Source of the DNA: Myxococcota bacterium
Lineage (GTDB): Bacteria; Myxococcota_A; UBA9160; UBA6930
Direction: 5' to 3'
Assembly: GCA_965223415.1 (NCBI GenBank)
Contig: OZ245002.1
Span: forward strand, 1,056,001-1,120,000
DNA: 64,000 nt
Part shown: one piece after another, positions 20,063-28,906 of the stretch
How the letters are laid out: every line of letters starts with the position of its first letter
Numbering within the stretch: the stretch's first letter is position 1
The notes under the pieces: model-generated
The model's input: the letters and a program-made list of their open reading frames with translations, nothing else
Told to the model about the DNA's origin: nothing
Database searches by the model: none
Translations under genes and position numbers: made by a program

Positions 20063-20670
20063 GAGTCCTGGACCTCCGGCAAGCCGCCCCAGGCGCGAAG
20101 GATCGTCCCCGTCATCGTTCCGTTGATCGCCTCGATGTAGAATGCAGCGGTCTGCTCCGCAGTGACGAGGCCCTCTCTCTCTCGTCCGGGCTCAACCACC
20201 GGAGCAGGAGACACGACGTTGAGACGGATACCCCGAGGCAGAAGCGGCGCGGTGTTTGAAACGAAGGTGTCCACAGCGGCATTGAGGGGACCCGTTCCGA
20301 TGCTGTTCGGGTTCGCGTAGTGCGAGAGAAACCCGCTGGTCAGCACGAAGACCCCATCGTCTCGGATTGTTGTCGTTCCCGAACGAACCAGTCGCACTTG
20401 GGCGAGGAACTTTCGCTCGAACCCGTAGCGGAAGTCGTCGTCTTCCAGGGTCTCATACGGGCCGAAGGTGCTGTCCGATCCAGCAGCGGCAACCAAGGCG
20501 TCGAAATCACCCAAGGCCTGGAGCATCTCGGCCACCGACTCGGGGTTGGTGTAGTCGCACCGGATGTCCCCGCTCCTCGAGCCGATTCGCACAACGTCAT
20601 GCCGGCCCGAGAGCTGGTTGTCGACGGCACGTCCGATCTTTCCTGATGCTCCAACGATCGCAATCTTCAC
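20059..20670 (-). CDS. Short-chain dehydrogenase/reductase
   Basis: Motifs IVGASGKIG and IRLNVVSP. Confidence 0.88.
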   Translation of the reverse strand: MKIAIVGASGKIGRAVDNQLSGRHDVVRIGSRSGDIRCDYTNPESVAEMLQALGDFDALVAAAGSDSTFGPYETLEDDDFRYGFERKFLAQVRLVRSGTTTIRDDGVFVLTSGFLSHYANPNSIGTGPLNAAVDTFVSNTAPLLPRGIRLNVVSPAPVVEPGREREGLVTAEQTAAFYIEAINGTMTGTILRAWGGLPEVQDS

Positions 20671-20766
20671 GGCCTACTCCGCCTCTGTTTCTGGGAACCT
20701 GTTGCCATCGGCTGCGACGACGCGAGTCATTCGGGATCACTCGGCTCGCTGGTCGGCAGCGCGCCT

Positions 20767-21330
20767 CTAGTCGCTGCCAATCTGTCGATTCCAGTCAGCG
20801 TTGTCCCAGAAGAGGTATTCCTCTGCGATGCGACCCTCCTCCCAGCGCGCAATCGTCGCAATCTTGATGCGGACTGGTTTCCCCGTGGGCTCACGAACCG
20901 TCCCGTCGGGAAGCGTGAGGGGCTTGATCCATCTCCCCTCCGAGATGCTGATTCCGGCGGTCCACTCGCCGAATCCAAAGCCGACGATGTGCTCGGAGAC
21001 CTTGAAGTCGAACGTGTCGAAGAGGAACTGAAGCTCTTTGCTGTGAGGCTCGTAGGGTGAGGTCTTCGTCCCGTCAGCGTTGTGGACGATGACGTTGTCC
21101 GCATGAATCTCGGAGATTCGTTTCAGATCTCGGCTGTTGAAGGCCTCGAGGTCGAGCTCGTCGAAGGTTCTGAGATGCGCGGCGGTCTGAGCCCGCTCCG
21201 CGTTGTGGGCGTCGACCTGAGCCTGAAGCGCGGCCACCTTGGCTCTGAGTTCGCTGATCTCGCTATCCGCGGCTGCGGGGCTGCAGGCAAGCGCCAAGAT
21301 CGCGGTCGCAGCGAGGATGGTGGTTCGCAT
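20767..21330 (-). CDS. Secreted SnoaL/ester cyclase (NTF2-like) protein
   Basis: Signal peptide plus PTGK and GRIAEEYLFWD motifs. Confidence 0.8.
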   Translation of the reverse strand: MRTTILAATAILALACSPAAADSEISELRAKVAALQAQVDAHNAERAQTAAHLRTFDELDLEAFNSRDLKRISEIHADNVIVHNADGTKTSPYEPHSKELQFLFDTFDFKVSEHIVGFGFGEWTAGISISEGRWIKPLTLPDGTVREPTGKPVRIKIATIARWEEGRIAEEYLFWDNADWNRQIGSD

Positions 21331-21446
21331 GATGGTCTCCCTTTGGTTGTTGGATTCCCCGAGCACGCCGAACAACCTATGATGTGCTCAATATCGGCAC
21401 AATGGGACTATTGTAGTTTCACTATCCCGAATTCTGGAACAATGAG

Positions 21447-22373
21447 ATGGACGTTCTCAAAGGAATGACGGTCTTCGTGGCCGTGGCGAAGCAGGGGAGT
21501 TTTGCGGCAGCCGCTCGCGAGCTGCAGCTATCTCGATCCGCGGTCAGCCGGCTCGTCCTCGACCTCGAGGAGTGGCTCGGGGCACCGCTGTTCAACCGGA
21601 CGACACGCGCCCTGTCCCTAACGGATGCTGGGCGTACGCATCTCGAGCGCTGCGAACTCCTGGTGGCCGAAGCCGATGACATTAGGAAACACGCAACCGA
21701 GCAACGCTCCGAAGCGCAAGGCCCACTCCGAATCACCGCGCCGCTGTTCGTCGCCCGGTATTTCCTGCAAGACTTACTTCCCGCATATCTGAAGATGTTT
21801 CCAAAGGTCGAGCTTGACCTGGTCGCCGTCGACAGAATGGTCGACATCATCGCCGAGGGTTTCGACATCGCGATCCGGGCCGGGGTTGTTCCGGACTCGT
21901 CGCTCATTTCAAGGCGCCTGATGGATGCGCGCCTCCTCCTCGTGGCATCACCGGACTACCTGAAGCGATGGGGAAGACCTGAGTCCCCGACCGACCTCGC
22001 CAACCACAACTGCATCGTCGACACCGTCGCTGGGTACGCCAACCGCTGGCCCGTCGGAGGTGCGAAGTCGACGAAATCCGTGCCCGTTCATGGGAACGTG
22101 AAGGTCAATAGCGGTGAGATCGCGCGGAACCTTGCGCTCGCGGACGTCGGTATCACGCTCCTCCCAGAGTTCATGGTTGCCGCCGAAGTCCGAGAAGGCC
22201 GCTTGGTCTCCTTGCTCGACGATCTCGTTCGATTCGAGGGAGCTCTGTTCGCCCTATATCCTCACCGCCGGAGTCAGTCGCCGAGCGTCCGGACCTTCAT
22301 TGACCACGCGGTGGCCCACGTGACCCAGCTCGAGCGCCGCCGCGGTGAGATCGGAACTAGCGAGTCCACGTAG
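21447..22373 (+). CDS. LysR family transcriptional regulator
   Basis: HTH with LFNRTTRALSLT; divergent from the SnoaL/SDR genes. Confidence 0.92.
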   Translation: MDVLKGMTVFVAVAKQGSFAAAARELQLSRSAVSRLVLDLEEWLGAPLFNRTTRALSLTDAGRTHLERCELLVAEADDIRKHATEQRSEAQGPLRITAPLFVARYFLQDLLPAYLKMFPKVELDLVAVDRMVDIIAEGFDIAIRAGVVPDSSLISRRLMDARLLLVASPDYLKRWGRPESPTDLANHNCIVDTVAGYANRWPVGGAKSTKSVPVHGNVKVNSGEIARNLALADVGITLLPEFMVAAEVREGRLVSLLDDLVRFEGALFALYPHRRSQSPSVRTFIDHAVAHVTQLERRRGEIGTSEST

Positions 22374-22570
22374 GGCGCCGATTCGAACCGAGGAGACCAC
22401 TGCACGCTCACTTCGATGCGGGGCGACGTGGTGCCTGTCGAGGGACGTCATCTCTTGCGCGCTAAGAGGACGGCTAGTTTTGCGCACCCCCCTGGGTTGA
22501 TGTTCGGTTCTTCCTTCTTCTCTTCCGCTCTCCGAAGGAGAGCACGGCCGTCAGGCCGCCCTCTGGGGCC

Positions 22571-23371
22571 TCAACGCTGGGCGCTTTGCCCCGCGGCCTG
22601 CTCGAGCTCGCGGAGCCGGTAGCTCCGCCCCGAGATGTTGAGCACCTGGCTGTGGTGGAGGAGGCGATCGAGGATGGCGGTGGCCAGCACCTCGTCGCCC
22701 GCCAGCACCTCGGGCCAGTCGGCGATGCCCTTGTTCGTGGTGATCAGGATCGAGCCCCTCCCATAGCGGTAGGAGACGAGCCGGAAGAAGAGGCTCGCCT
22801 CCTGGCGCGTCATGGGCTCGAAGCCGACCTCGTCGATGACGAGGAGCGCCACGTTCATGTGCTTGCGCCGCCGCAGCCGTTGCGGGCTGATCTCGGCGTC
22901 GCGCTTGAGGGCCGCCAGCAGGTCCTCGAGGCGATGGAAGGCCACGGAGAAGCCGTTCTCCACGGCCCGCACCCCCAGGGCCACCGCCAGGTGGGTCTTG
23001 CCCACTCCCGGCGGACCCTGGATCAGCAGACTCTCCTTGGCCCGGATCCACGCGCAGGTGCCCAGCGTCTCGATCCGGCTCCGCTCCACACTCGGCTGGA
23101 AGGCGAAGTCGAAGTTGCCGAGGGTCTGCCCCGTGGGAAGGCCCGAGAGACGGAGCGAGGTCTTCATCCTCCGCTCCTCGCGGTGCTGCAGCTCGGCCTC
23201 GAGCAGCAGGTCGAGGAAGCGGTGGGGCACGAGGTCGTCCTTGGTCGCTCGGGCCAGCTCCTCGCCGATGTGCTCGGCCGCGTGATGGAGGCCGAGGCGC
23301 ACGAGCCGCTCGCGGGTCGGGTCGAGATCCACCTTGCCGCCCTTCTTGGGCACCGGGTTTCCCGCCGTCAT
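22571..23371 (-). CDS. istB: IS21 helper ATPase IstB
   Basis: Motifs GPPGVGKT, LLVIDEVG and AILDRLLHH. Confidence 0.93.
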   Translation of the reverse strand: MTAGNPVPKKGGKVDLDPTRERLVRLGLHHAAEHIGEELARATKDDLVPHRFLDLLLEAELQHREERRMKTSLRLSGLPTGQTLGNFDFAFQPSVERSRIETLGTCAWIRAKESLLIQGPPGVGKTHLAVALGVRAVENGFSVAFHRLEDLLAALKRDAEISPQRLRRRKHMNVALLVIDEVGFEPMTRQEASLFFRLVSYRYGRGSILITTNKGIADWPEVLAGDEVLATAILDRLLHHSQVLNISGRSYRLRELEQAAGQSAQR

Positions 23372-24654
23372 CGCGCCACCTCCGCCAGATCGGCATAGAG
23401 GTCGATCGGCCGCTGCTCCGGCTCCATCGCCCACAGCTCCTGGAGGCGTCGACCCATGCGCCCGAGCGGTACGGGCGCCTCCACCCCCTCCGTGCTCGGC
23501 CCCTCGTAGTGGCTCGGGTCCAGCAGCAGGCGGCTTCGCGTGTGGCGCGGGTGCGCGGCCACCACCGAGCCCTCGGCCCAGACCTGCACCTGCCGGGCGC
23601 AGCCGCGCACCTCGACGCTCTGCTCGACGAAGCGGAAGGGGACGCTGTAGGTACGCCCCTCGAAGCGCACCGTGGCGTCGCGCCCGACACGTCGCATCAC
23701 GGCCAGGTCGAAGGGCTCGGGAAGCCGCTCGGGCAGGGCCCCGAGATGGGGCTTCTCCGCCTCCCACGCCTGGAAGACCGTCGTGCCCGTCGCCGGGCAC
23801 TGCCGCCGGTGGCTCGAGCGCGCCACCTGGCCGTCCGTCCACGCTTGCAGCGACTCCAGGCTCTCGTGCTCCCGCCGACGCGGATCGAAGCCCCGCCGGT
23901 GCCCCAGGATCCGACGCTCCACCTTCCCCTTCTCCTGCGGCTGGCGGGGACGGGTGGCGTCCACGTGGAAGCGAAGGGCCCCGGCATAGCTCGCGTAAGC
24001 CGGGTTCACCGTCCCCCATGGCCCCGCCCCCTTCGCCACCGCTGTCTTCACGTTGTCGACCCGCAGCACCGCCGGCACCCCGCCCAGCCGCTCGAAGGCC
24101 CGGTTGTGCACGTCCAGCCACGCCAGCGTGTCCGCCCGCTCCGACCACACCACCGCTTCTCGCCGCGAGTGCGAGAGCACCAGGTGGAAGGCATGCAGGT
24201 CCACCTCCTGGCCCCCGATCCGCACGCCCGGAAACTCGCCCCAGTCCACCTGACCCTGCGCCCCGGGCGGTGTCTCCACCCGACGCCGGCTCCGCACCTT
24301 CGGTCTCGGGAACCGGGCCCGCACGTACCGCTGCACGCTCTTGGAGCTCCCCGTGTACCCGTGCTCCTCCACCAGGAACTCGTGAAGCTCCTGCAGGTTC
24401 ACGCCACGGCCTCCCGAGCTCGCCTCCAGCCACTCCGCGATCACCTCGTGGACCGCCTCGGCCAGGAAGGGCTTCCCGCTCCGGCCGTCTCGCGCCCCCT
24501 CCGCCAGCCGCTTCAGCCGGTAGCGCACCGCGCTCTCCCGGATCCCCAGCTGGCGGGCGATCTCCCGGTTCGAGCACCCCCGCTCGTGCAGCACTTCGAT
24601 CGTCATCACTTCCTCCTGCCTCAGTCGCCGCTGCCCCACGCCCCCCTCCCTCAC
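23368..24654 (-). CDS. istA: IS21 transposase IstA
   Basis: Motifs QGQVDWG, RVDNVKT and EKGKVER. Confidence 0.93.
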   Translation of the reverse strand: MREGGVGQRRLRQEEVMTIEVLHERGCSNREIARQLGIRESAVRYRLKRLAEGARDGRSGKPFLAEAVHEVIAEWLEASSGGRGVNLQELHEFLVEEHGYTGSSKSVQRYVRARFPRPKVRSRRRVETPPGAQGQVDWGEFPGVRIGGQEVDLHAFHLVLSHSRREAVVWSERADTLAWLDVHNRAFERLGGVPAVLRVDNVKTAVAKGAGPWGTVNPAYASYAGALRFHVDATRPRQPQEKGKVERRILGHRRGFDPRRREHESLESLQAWTDGQVARSSHRRQCPATGTTVFQAWEAEKPHLGALPERLPEPFDLAVMRRVGRDATVRFEGRTYSVPFRFVEQSVEVRGCARQVQVWAEGSVVAAHPRHTRSRLLLDPSHYEGPSTEGVEAPVPLGRMGRRLQELWAMEPEQRPIDLYADLAEVAR

Positions 24655-24737
24655 GGGGAACGTGCCGCGCAGCGGCTCAACAGGAGGTGCGCAAATCTAC
24701 GTGTCCTCTTAGCCCTCGAATATCACGTCCTGCGACA

Positions 24738-24843
24738 AAAGATGAGCGACGGTCCCATACTCGAGCGAGATGTAGAGCACACCCTCGTCGAGAGACTGCG
24801 GGATCTCGGTCACGAACGCATGCGAGATCTGCTCTACTCGCAC
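24738..24843 (-). pseudogene. DUF6527-like protein, 5' half (interrupted by IS21)
   Basis: GTG 24843 gives MRVEQISHAFVTEIPQSLDEGVLYISLEYGTVAHL, then the IS end. The start overlaps the ThiF gene end. Confidence 0.82.
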
Positions 24844-26015
24844 TCCTCGTCCTCGCTGACCAGGAGATTCACGTCGAGCGTATACGTCGTCGAGTGTTCG
24901 CGTTCCAGGTCTCGGTAGAACCCGAGGAGCTTCTTCCAGCGAATCACCGCCATCGCTGCGTTCAGGGCGTTCAGCTCGGCGATCTGGATGTTGCTTCGGT
25001 AGGCGTCATCCTCGACTGCAGCATCCAACGAGACCCGCTTTCGGAAGTGCTCTCGTTTTGCTGGCGTGCTCGTCGTCGTGCGGACGACACCTCCCAGCTG
25101 GCCTTCATCGAGCTCGAGGCCAATGCCGACGTCGACGAAGGCGATTTCCTGGTCCTCGAGGTAGGCCACGATCGGTGCCTTTGCAGCGCCATCGTCGATA
25201 CAGAGGAAGACGAAGTCCACACCTGCCAGCTCACCCACGTTCGACTGATCGAGCGCGATCTCGTGGGGCACTATGCGACGGTGCATGCTCGAGTAGAGGC
25301 GGTGATGGTGCGTCACCTTGGCCGGGCCCTCCCGCAGGGTCTCTAGCGATGGAGCACCTGGCGCTCGGAATGCGTTGTGGGTGAAAAAGCGGTCGGGATC
25401 GAAAATGTGAATCTCCCTAACCGGGGTCTTCGCCGCGAAGTCGAGTACGTACGCCCCGCTCCCGCCGACGCCGACGATGGCGATCCGCTGCCGCTCCAGC
25501 TTGCTCGTCACCTCGACGATCCCAGCCCGGGCGGACGCCGTTTCGGGGTAGCGAAACGGCGACTCCGCGGGGGCCTCGCTCGGACGGAACGTCTTGGGTG
25601 TGGCCGTTCGGTCGAGTGAGGCGGCCGGGCCCGAGAGGATGGTTGCATAGGTATCGAACTTCGCGAAGTAGTCCGGGTACCCGCCCGGAGGCTTGTTGGA
25701 GAAAGAGTGTCTCGCAACCAAGTCGTCGGCGATCGTCGTGCTTGCCCGACCGTGCTCGATCCCGGTGATCGGCTTGCCGGAGGCATGACACGGATGATGC
25801 TCTCCCGTGAACATCATCACGTGCGTGCTCGGTCTACCTGTTCGATCTCCGCTAAGTGTGAGCTCTGAGACGAGGGCGCCGCGTGCGACTGTCCGGTCCC
25901 GGGTCACGTACGGCACGTTGTCGACAACGATGTGGCCCGATCGGATCGAGACCTCATAGCCCTCGTCAACGAGGCGCTGCAGATCAGGGCTAAGACTTAT
26001 CAGTGCGTGTGACAT
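24834..26015 (-). CDS. ThiF/E1-like adenylyltransferase with N-terminal E2-like (DUF6791-like) domain
   Basis: Motifs IAIVGVGGSG, IFDPD, HNAFR and FLCID; the N-terminal domain carries a GEHHPC cysteine. Confidence 0.85.
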   Translation of the reverse strand: MSHALISLSPDLQRLVDEGYEVSIRSGHIVVDNVPYVTRDRTVARGALVSELTLSGDRTGRPSTHVMMFTGEHHPCHASGKPITGIEHGRASTTIADDLVARHSFSNKPPGGYPDYFAKFDTYATILSGPAASLDRTATPKTFRPSEAPAESPFRYPETASARAGIVEVTSKLERQRIAIVGVGGSGAYVLDFAAKTPVREIHIFDPDRFFTHNAFRAPGAPSLETLREGPAKVTHHHRLYSSMHRRIVPHEIALDQSNVGELAGVDFVFLCIDDGAAKAPIVAYLEDQEIAFVDVGIGLELDEGQLGGVVRTTTSTPAKREHFRKRVSLDAAVEDDAYRSNIQIAELNALNAAMAVIRWKKLLGFYRDLEREHSTTYTLDVNLLVSEDEECE

Positions 26016-26253
26016 TGAAGATCATTCCGTCCTTGACCTTCACAGCCTCGCCCTCCACGAGCGTCCCTTCGCGCTTGCCACCCGGGCCGCGCTTGAAGGT
26101 GACGGTGAAGCAGATGAAGCCGCCCTGGGTCTGCCCCGGGAAGGCGATGTCGACGACCTCGGCGAACGTCAGCTCCTCCTTCTTGGGCAGCTGGTGACGC
26201 CGTCCGTTGACGATGATGGTCACGGTCTTCTCGCAGTCGCTGTGCTTGTTCAT
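25990..26253 (-). CDS. Multiubiquitin-domain (beta-grasp) ubiquitin-like protein
   Basis: TIIVNGR..ELTFAEVVDIAF..TVTFKRG..GTLVEGEAVKVKDGMIFNVTRTDKS; RBS AAGGAG before ATG 26253. Confidence 0.82.
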   Translation of the reverse strand: MNKHSDCEKTVTIIVNGRRHQLPKKEELTFAEVVDIAFPGQTQGGFICFTVTFKRGPGGKREGTLVEGEAVKVKDGMIFNVTRTDKS

Positions 26254-26297
26254 TTCCGGCTCTCCTTTATGATCCTGCGCTCCATGAGCGCGTGCAT

Positions 26298-26325
26298 GCG
26301 TGTCAGCGTGCATGCGGACACTTTA
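26298..26325 (-). promoter_or_regulatory. Candidate operator and -10 box upstream of the Ubl operon
   Basis: Imperfect palindrome TGTCAGCGTGCATGCGGACA (26301-26320) next to a minus-strand TAAAGT; 13/15 identical to 27458-27472. Confidence 0.45.
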
Positions 26326-26346
26326 GCGAAGAAAGGACGCGGCCGC

Positions 26347-27075
26347 CTAGAGACGAGCCTGCCCCCGGGGGGAGGCGCATGCCAGGCCCTGGAGTCGGAT
26401 GCTTGCGGCCTGCTTTGACACTGTGAAGCGCCGCGCGACCTCTTCGACCAGCTTCTTGAGCCCCTCCGAATCCGGCTCGAGGGGCAGGGACAAGGTGAGC
26501 CGCTCGGACTCTTGCTCGACCACGGTCAGCATTGTGGGCTTCGGCATCAGCAAGGAGCCGATCGCCTTGTTCGCCTGGACCTCCCGCCAGTCGCTGCCGC
26601 CGCTGTAGCCGACGTCGCGCTTCAGGCACCGCATCAGCTGGGGTGTGTTCGGGCGGTGCCCCGTCTCCGAGCTGTTGAACAAGCCGCGCTGCATCTCATC
26701 GAGCTCGTAGAGAATGCGGTGCAGCAGCGCGTGGCCGATCTCGTGTGCCACGGTCGCGCGCCACCGTCCTTTCGTTCCGCCGGTAGCGTCGTCGGCATCG
26801 AAGGCCCCCGTAAGATCGCGGTTGATCTCGATGCGCGGCGGCTTGCCAGAGCAGAAGTGGGTCACGCCGAGCACGTCGGGATCGAGATCCGCGTGCTGGT
26901 CAAAGGGGAAGCGCAGATGGCGTTCGATCAGCCGCTCCAGATCGACCGTCACGTCGTTGGAGTTGGGGTCCGGCATGAGGCTCGCCTTGTCGAGCTCATC
27001 GACCATGATCTGGTCGATCTCGGAGGGCTCGTACCAGAGCTTCCGCTCCCTGCCGGGGGCTCTGTACTCTCTCAT
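26347..27075 (-). CDS. ImmA/IrrE-like Zn metallopeptidase (CapP-like)
   Basis: RWRATVAHEIGH (HExxH) and WREVQAN...LLMP; overlaps the HTH gene (ATGA). Confidence 0.85.
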   Translation of the reverse strand: MREYRAPGRERKLWYEPSEIDQIMVDELDKASLMPDPNSNDVTVDLERLIERHLRFPFDQHADLDPDVLGVTHFCSGKPPRIEINRDLTGAFDADDATGGTKGRWRATVAHEIGHALLHRILYELDEMQRGLFNSSETGHRPNTPQLMRCLKRDVGYSGGSDWREVQANKAIGSLLMPKPTMLTVVEQESERLTLSLPLEPDSEGLKKLVEEVARRFTVSKQAASIRLQGLACASPRGQARL

Positions 27076-27440
27076 TTCGACTTCTTCTCTCTATCCCTCG
27101 CGAGCTGTTCGACTTTCTTCTCGAGCTTTCCGAGCTCTTCTGGTGACAACTTGCTCTCGGAGACCTTGCGAAACAGAGTTACGGCCTGCGGGACGTTTTC
27201 CACGTACTTCTCGGTTACCTCGTAGACCTTGCCTGCTTGCACCATTAGATCATCGAAATCGAGGCGTAGGTGCTTCGCCAAGGAGCGGAGCAACTCCTCA
27301 GATGGCACGCGGCGATCGTTTTCGATGTCACTTAGGTGTGTCGGAGAGATGCTGAGCAACTTGGCCAGCTCCCGTAGACCGTAGTCGGTCGTCTCGACGC
27401 GCGCGGTGTGTAGGCGAGCGCCTAAACTTGCTTTCGGCAC
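27072..27440 (-). CDS. XRE/Cro-CI HTH regulator (CapH/ImmR-like)
   Basis: LRELAKLLSISPTHLSDIENDRRVPS. Confidence 0.9.
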   Translation of the reverse strand: MPKASLGARLHTARVETTDYGLRELAKLLSISPTHLSDIENDRRVPSEELLRSLAKHLRLDFDDLMVQAGKVYEVTEKYVENVPQAVTLFRKVSESKLSPEELGKLEKKVEQLARDREKKSK

Positions 27441-27605
27441 TGGGACCTCTTTCGTTCGCTTGTCAGCGTACAGGTGCTCGCTCAGGGTTGCAACGAACGG
27501 GCCTGGGGGCCCCAGTTCGGCTGGGCAATCTCAGCCGCAACTTCGGCGAGGCCGCCGCGACCACTGGTCTCCCCTGGGGGAATCGAGTGAGTTACGTATC
27601 CTTAC

Positions 27606-28274
27606 GTGGCTTTGGCCTACACCAAGCGAATAGTCTGTTTGGCGAAATCGAAGAAGCTGGGCGCCACTTGCGTCGCGGGGCTTGAGTGGAACGGAACTGC
27701 TCGAGGCGAGTGGATCCGGCCGGTGGGAGACCGGCCTTCCGAGGCGATCGTGGACGAGGAGATGGACTTCGAGGGTGGCGGGCAGGCTTCGCTCCTCGAC
27801 GTCGTCGAGATCGACTTCCTTGAACATCGGCCGCACGCTTGCCAGACCGAGAATCACCTGATCACCGACGATCATTGGTGGAGAAAGGTGGGTGAGCTGA
27901 GCCCGCGGAAGCTACGGCGACTCGCCGACCAGCCGCCAGACCTCTGGGGAACGGACAACCACGGCTATATCCGGGATCGAATTCCAATCGCGGAAGCAGA
28001 CGCTCTACCGTCATCGCTGCTGCTTGTTCGGCTCGAGTCGCCAAGCGTCGAGGTGCGACGATGGCCTGAGCGGACCACTGTGCGCGTGGACTTCGACTAC
28101 AACGGCGTTCACTACAATATGGCGGTGACGGATCGGGCCTTCAAGAAGCGTTTCGTAGCAAAGGGTGCCGGTGACTACCCCCTCGCGACCGAGACGTATG
28201 CCTGTCTCTCATTGGGTGAACCGAACGACGGGTACCGCTTCAAGCTGGCGGCCGCCGTTTTCGAGTTGGACTAA
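27606..28274 (+). CDS. Dual OB-fold domain protein
   Basis: KRIVCLAKSKK...CVAG, WIRPV, HACQTEN and CLSLGEP match the dual-OB family pattern seen next to DUF488/DarTG genes. Confidence 0.7.
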   Translation: MALAYTKRIVCLAKSKKLGATCVAGLEWNGTARGEWIRPVGDRPSEAIVDEEMDFEGGGQASLLDVVEIDFLEHRPHACQTENHLITDDHWWRKVGELSPRKLRRLADQPPDLWGTDNHGYIRDRIPIAEADALPSSLLLVRLESPSVEVRRWPERTTVRVDFDYNGVHYNMAVTDRAFKKRFVAKGAGDYPLATETYACLSLGEPNDGYRFKLAAAVFELD

Positions 28275-28279
28275 CGGCG

Positions 28280-28906
28280 ATGCCGAGAGATTTGTTCACG
28301 ATTGGCCACTCCTCGCACCCGTTGCCCACCTTCCTAGGGCTTCTGAAGGAACATGGCATTGAGGTGGTGTGTGATGTGCGCTCAAGTCCCTACAGCGGCC
28401 GAAATCCCCAATTCAATCGCGATGCGCTCCAGAAGGACTTGGCAGCACGGTTCGTGAAGTACGTATTTCTTGGCAATGAACTCGGAGCTCGCAGCGAAGA
28501 CCCAAGCTGTTACGTCGATGGTCAGGCTCGCTACGAGCGAATCGCCAAGACGGCGATCTTCCAGTCGGGTCTCGAGAGAGTGCTCAAGGGTGTCGAGTCC
28601 TTCCGAGTCGCACTGATGTGCGCAGAGGCTGATCCGCTCACCTGTCACCGCACGATCTTGGTTTGCCGGGAGTTGAGAAACTCACGCCTCTCGATTGCGC
28701 ATGTTCTCTCCAATGGAAAGCTCGAATCCCACGCAGACGCTGAAGACCGGTTGCTCCGCATGACCAAGCTTGAAAACGGCGACTTGTTCCGCGGGCGTTC
28801 TGAGCTTCTCGACGAGGCCTACGGTGTTCAGGGGAGAAAGATTGCCTATAGGCGTCCTACGGACGGGACGAGAGCCTCTCACCCGCGCTCCGAGGTGCTC
28901 CGGTGA
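28280..28906 (+). CDS. DUF488 family protein
   Basis: Motifs FTIGHS, DVRSSPYS, ELGAR and LMCAE..CHR. Confidence 0.88.
   Translation: MPRDLFTIGHSSHPLPTFLGLLKEHGIEVVCDVRSSPYSGRNPQFNRDALQKDLAARFVKYVFLGNELGARSEDPSCYVDGQARYERIAKTAIFQSGLERVLKGVESFRVALMCAEADPLTCHRTILVCRELRNSRLSIAHVLSNGKLESHADAEDRLLRMTKLENGDLFRGRSELLDEAYGVQGRKIAYRRPTDGTRASHPRSEVLR

Larger units (their letters stand above)
22436..24737 (-). mobile_element. IS21 family element, copy 1 (2302 bp)
   Basis: TGTCG...CGACA ends and istA/istB; inverted copy of 30605-32906 with identical ORF translations. Confidence 0.93.

Noticed and set aside
22372..22392. GGCGCCGATTCGAACC as a possible second att site or tRNA fragment
   Set aside because: Too little identity to the tRNA-Arg 3' end, and no cloverleaf.
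24834..26015. ThiF gene as a thiamine/molybdopterin biosynthesis gene or CBASS Cap2
   Set aside because: No thi/moa genes, cyclase or JAB gene nearby; the context is Ubl plus a DUF6527-like gene.
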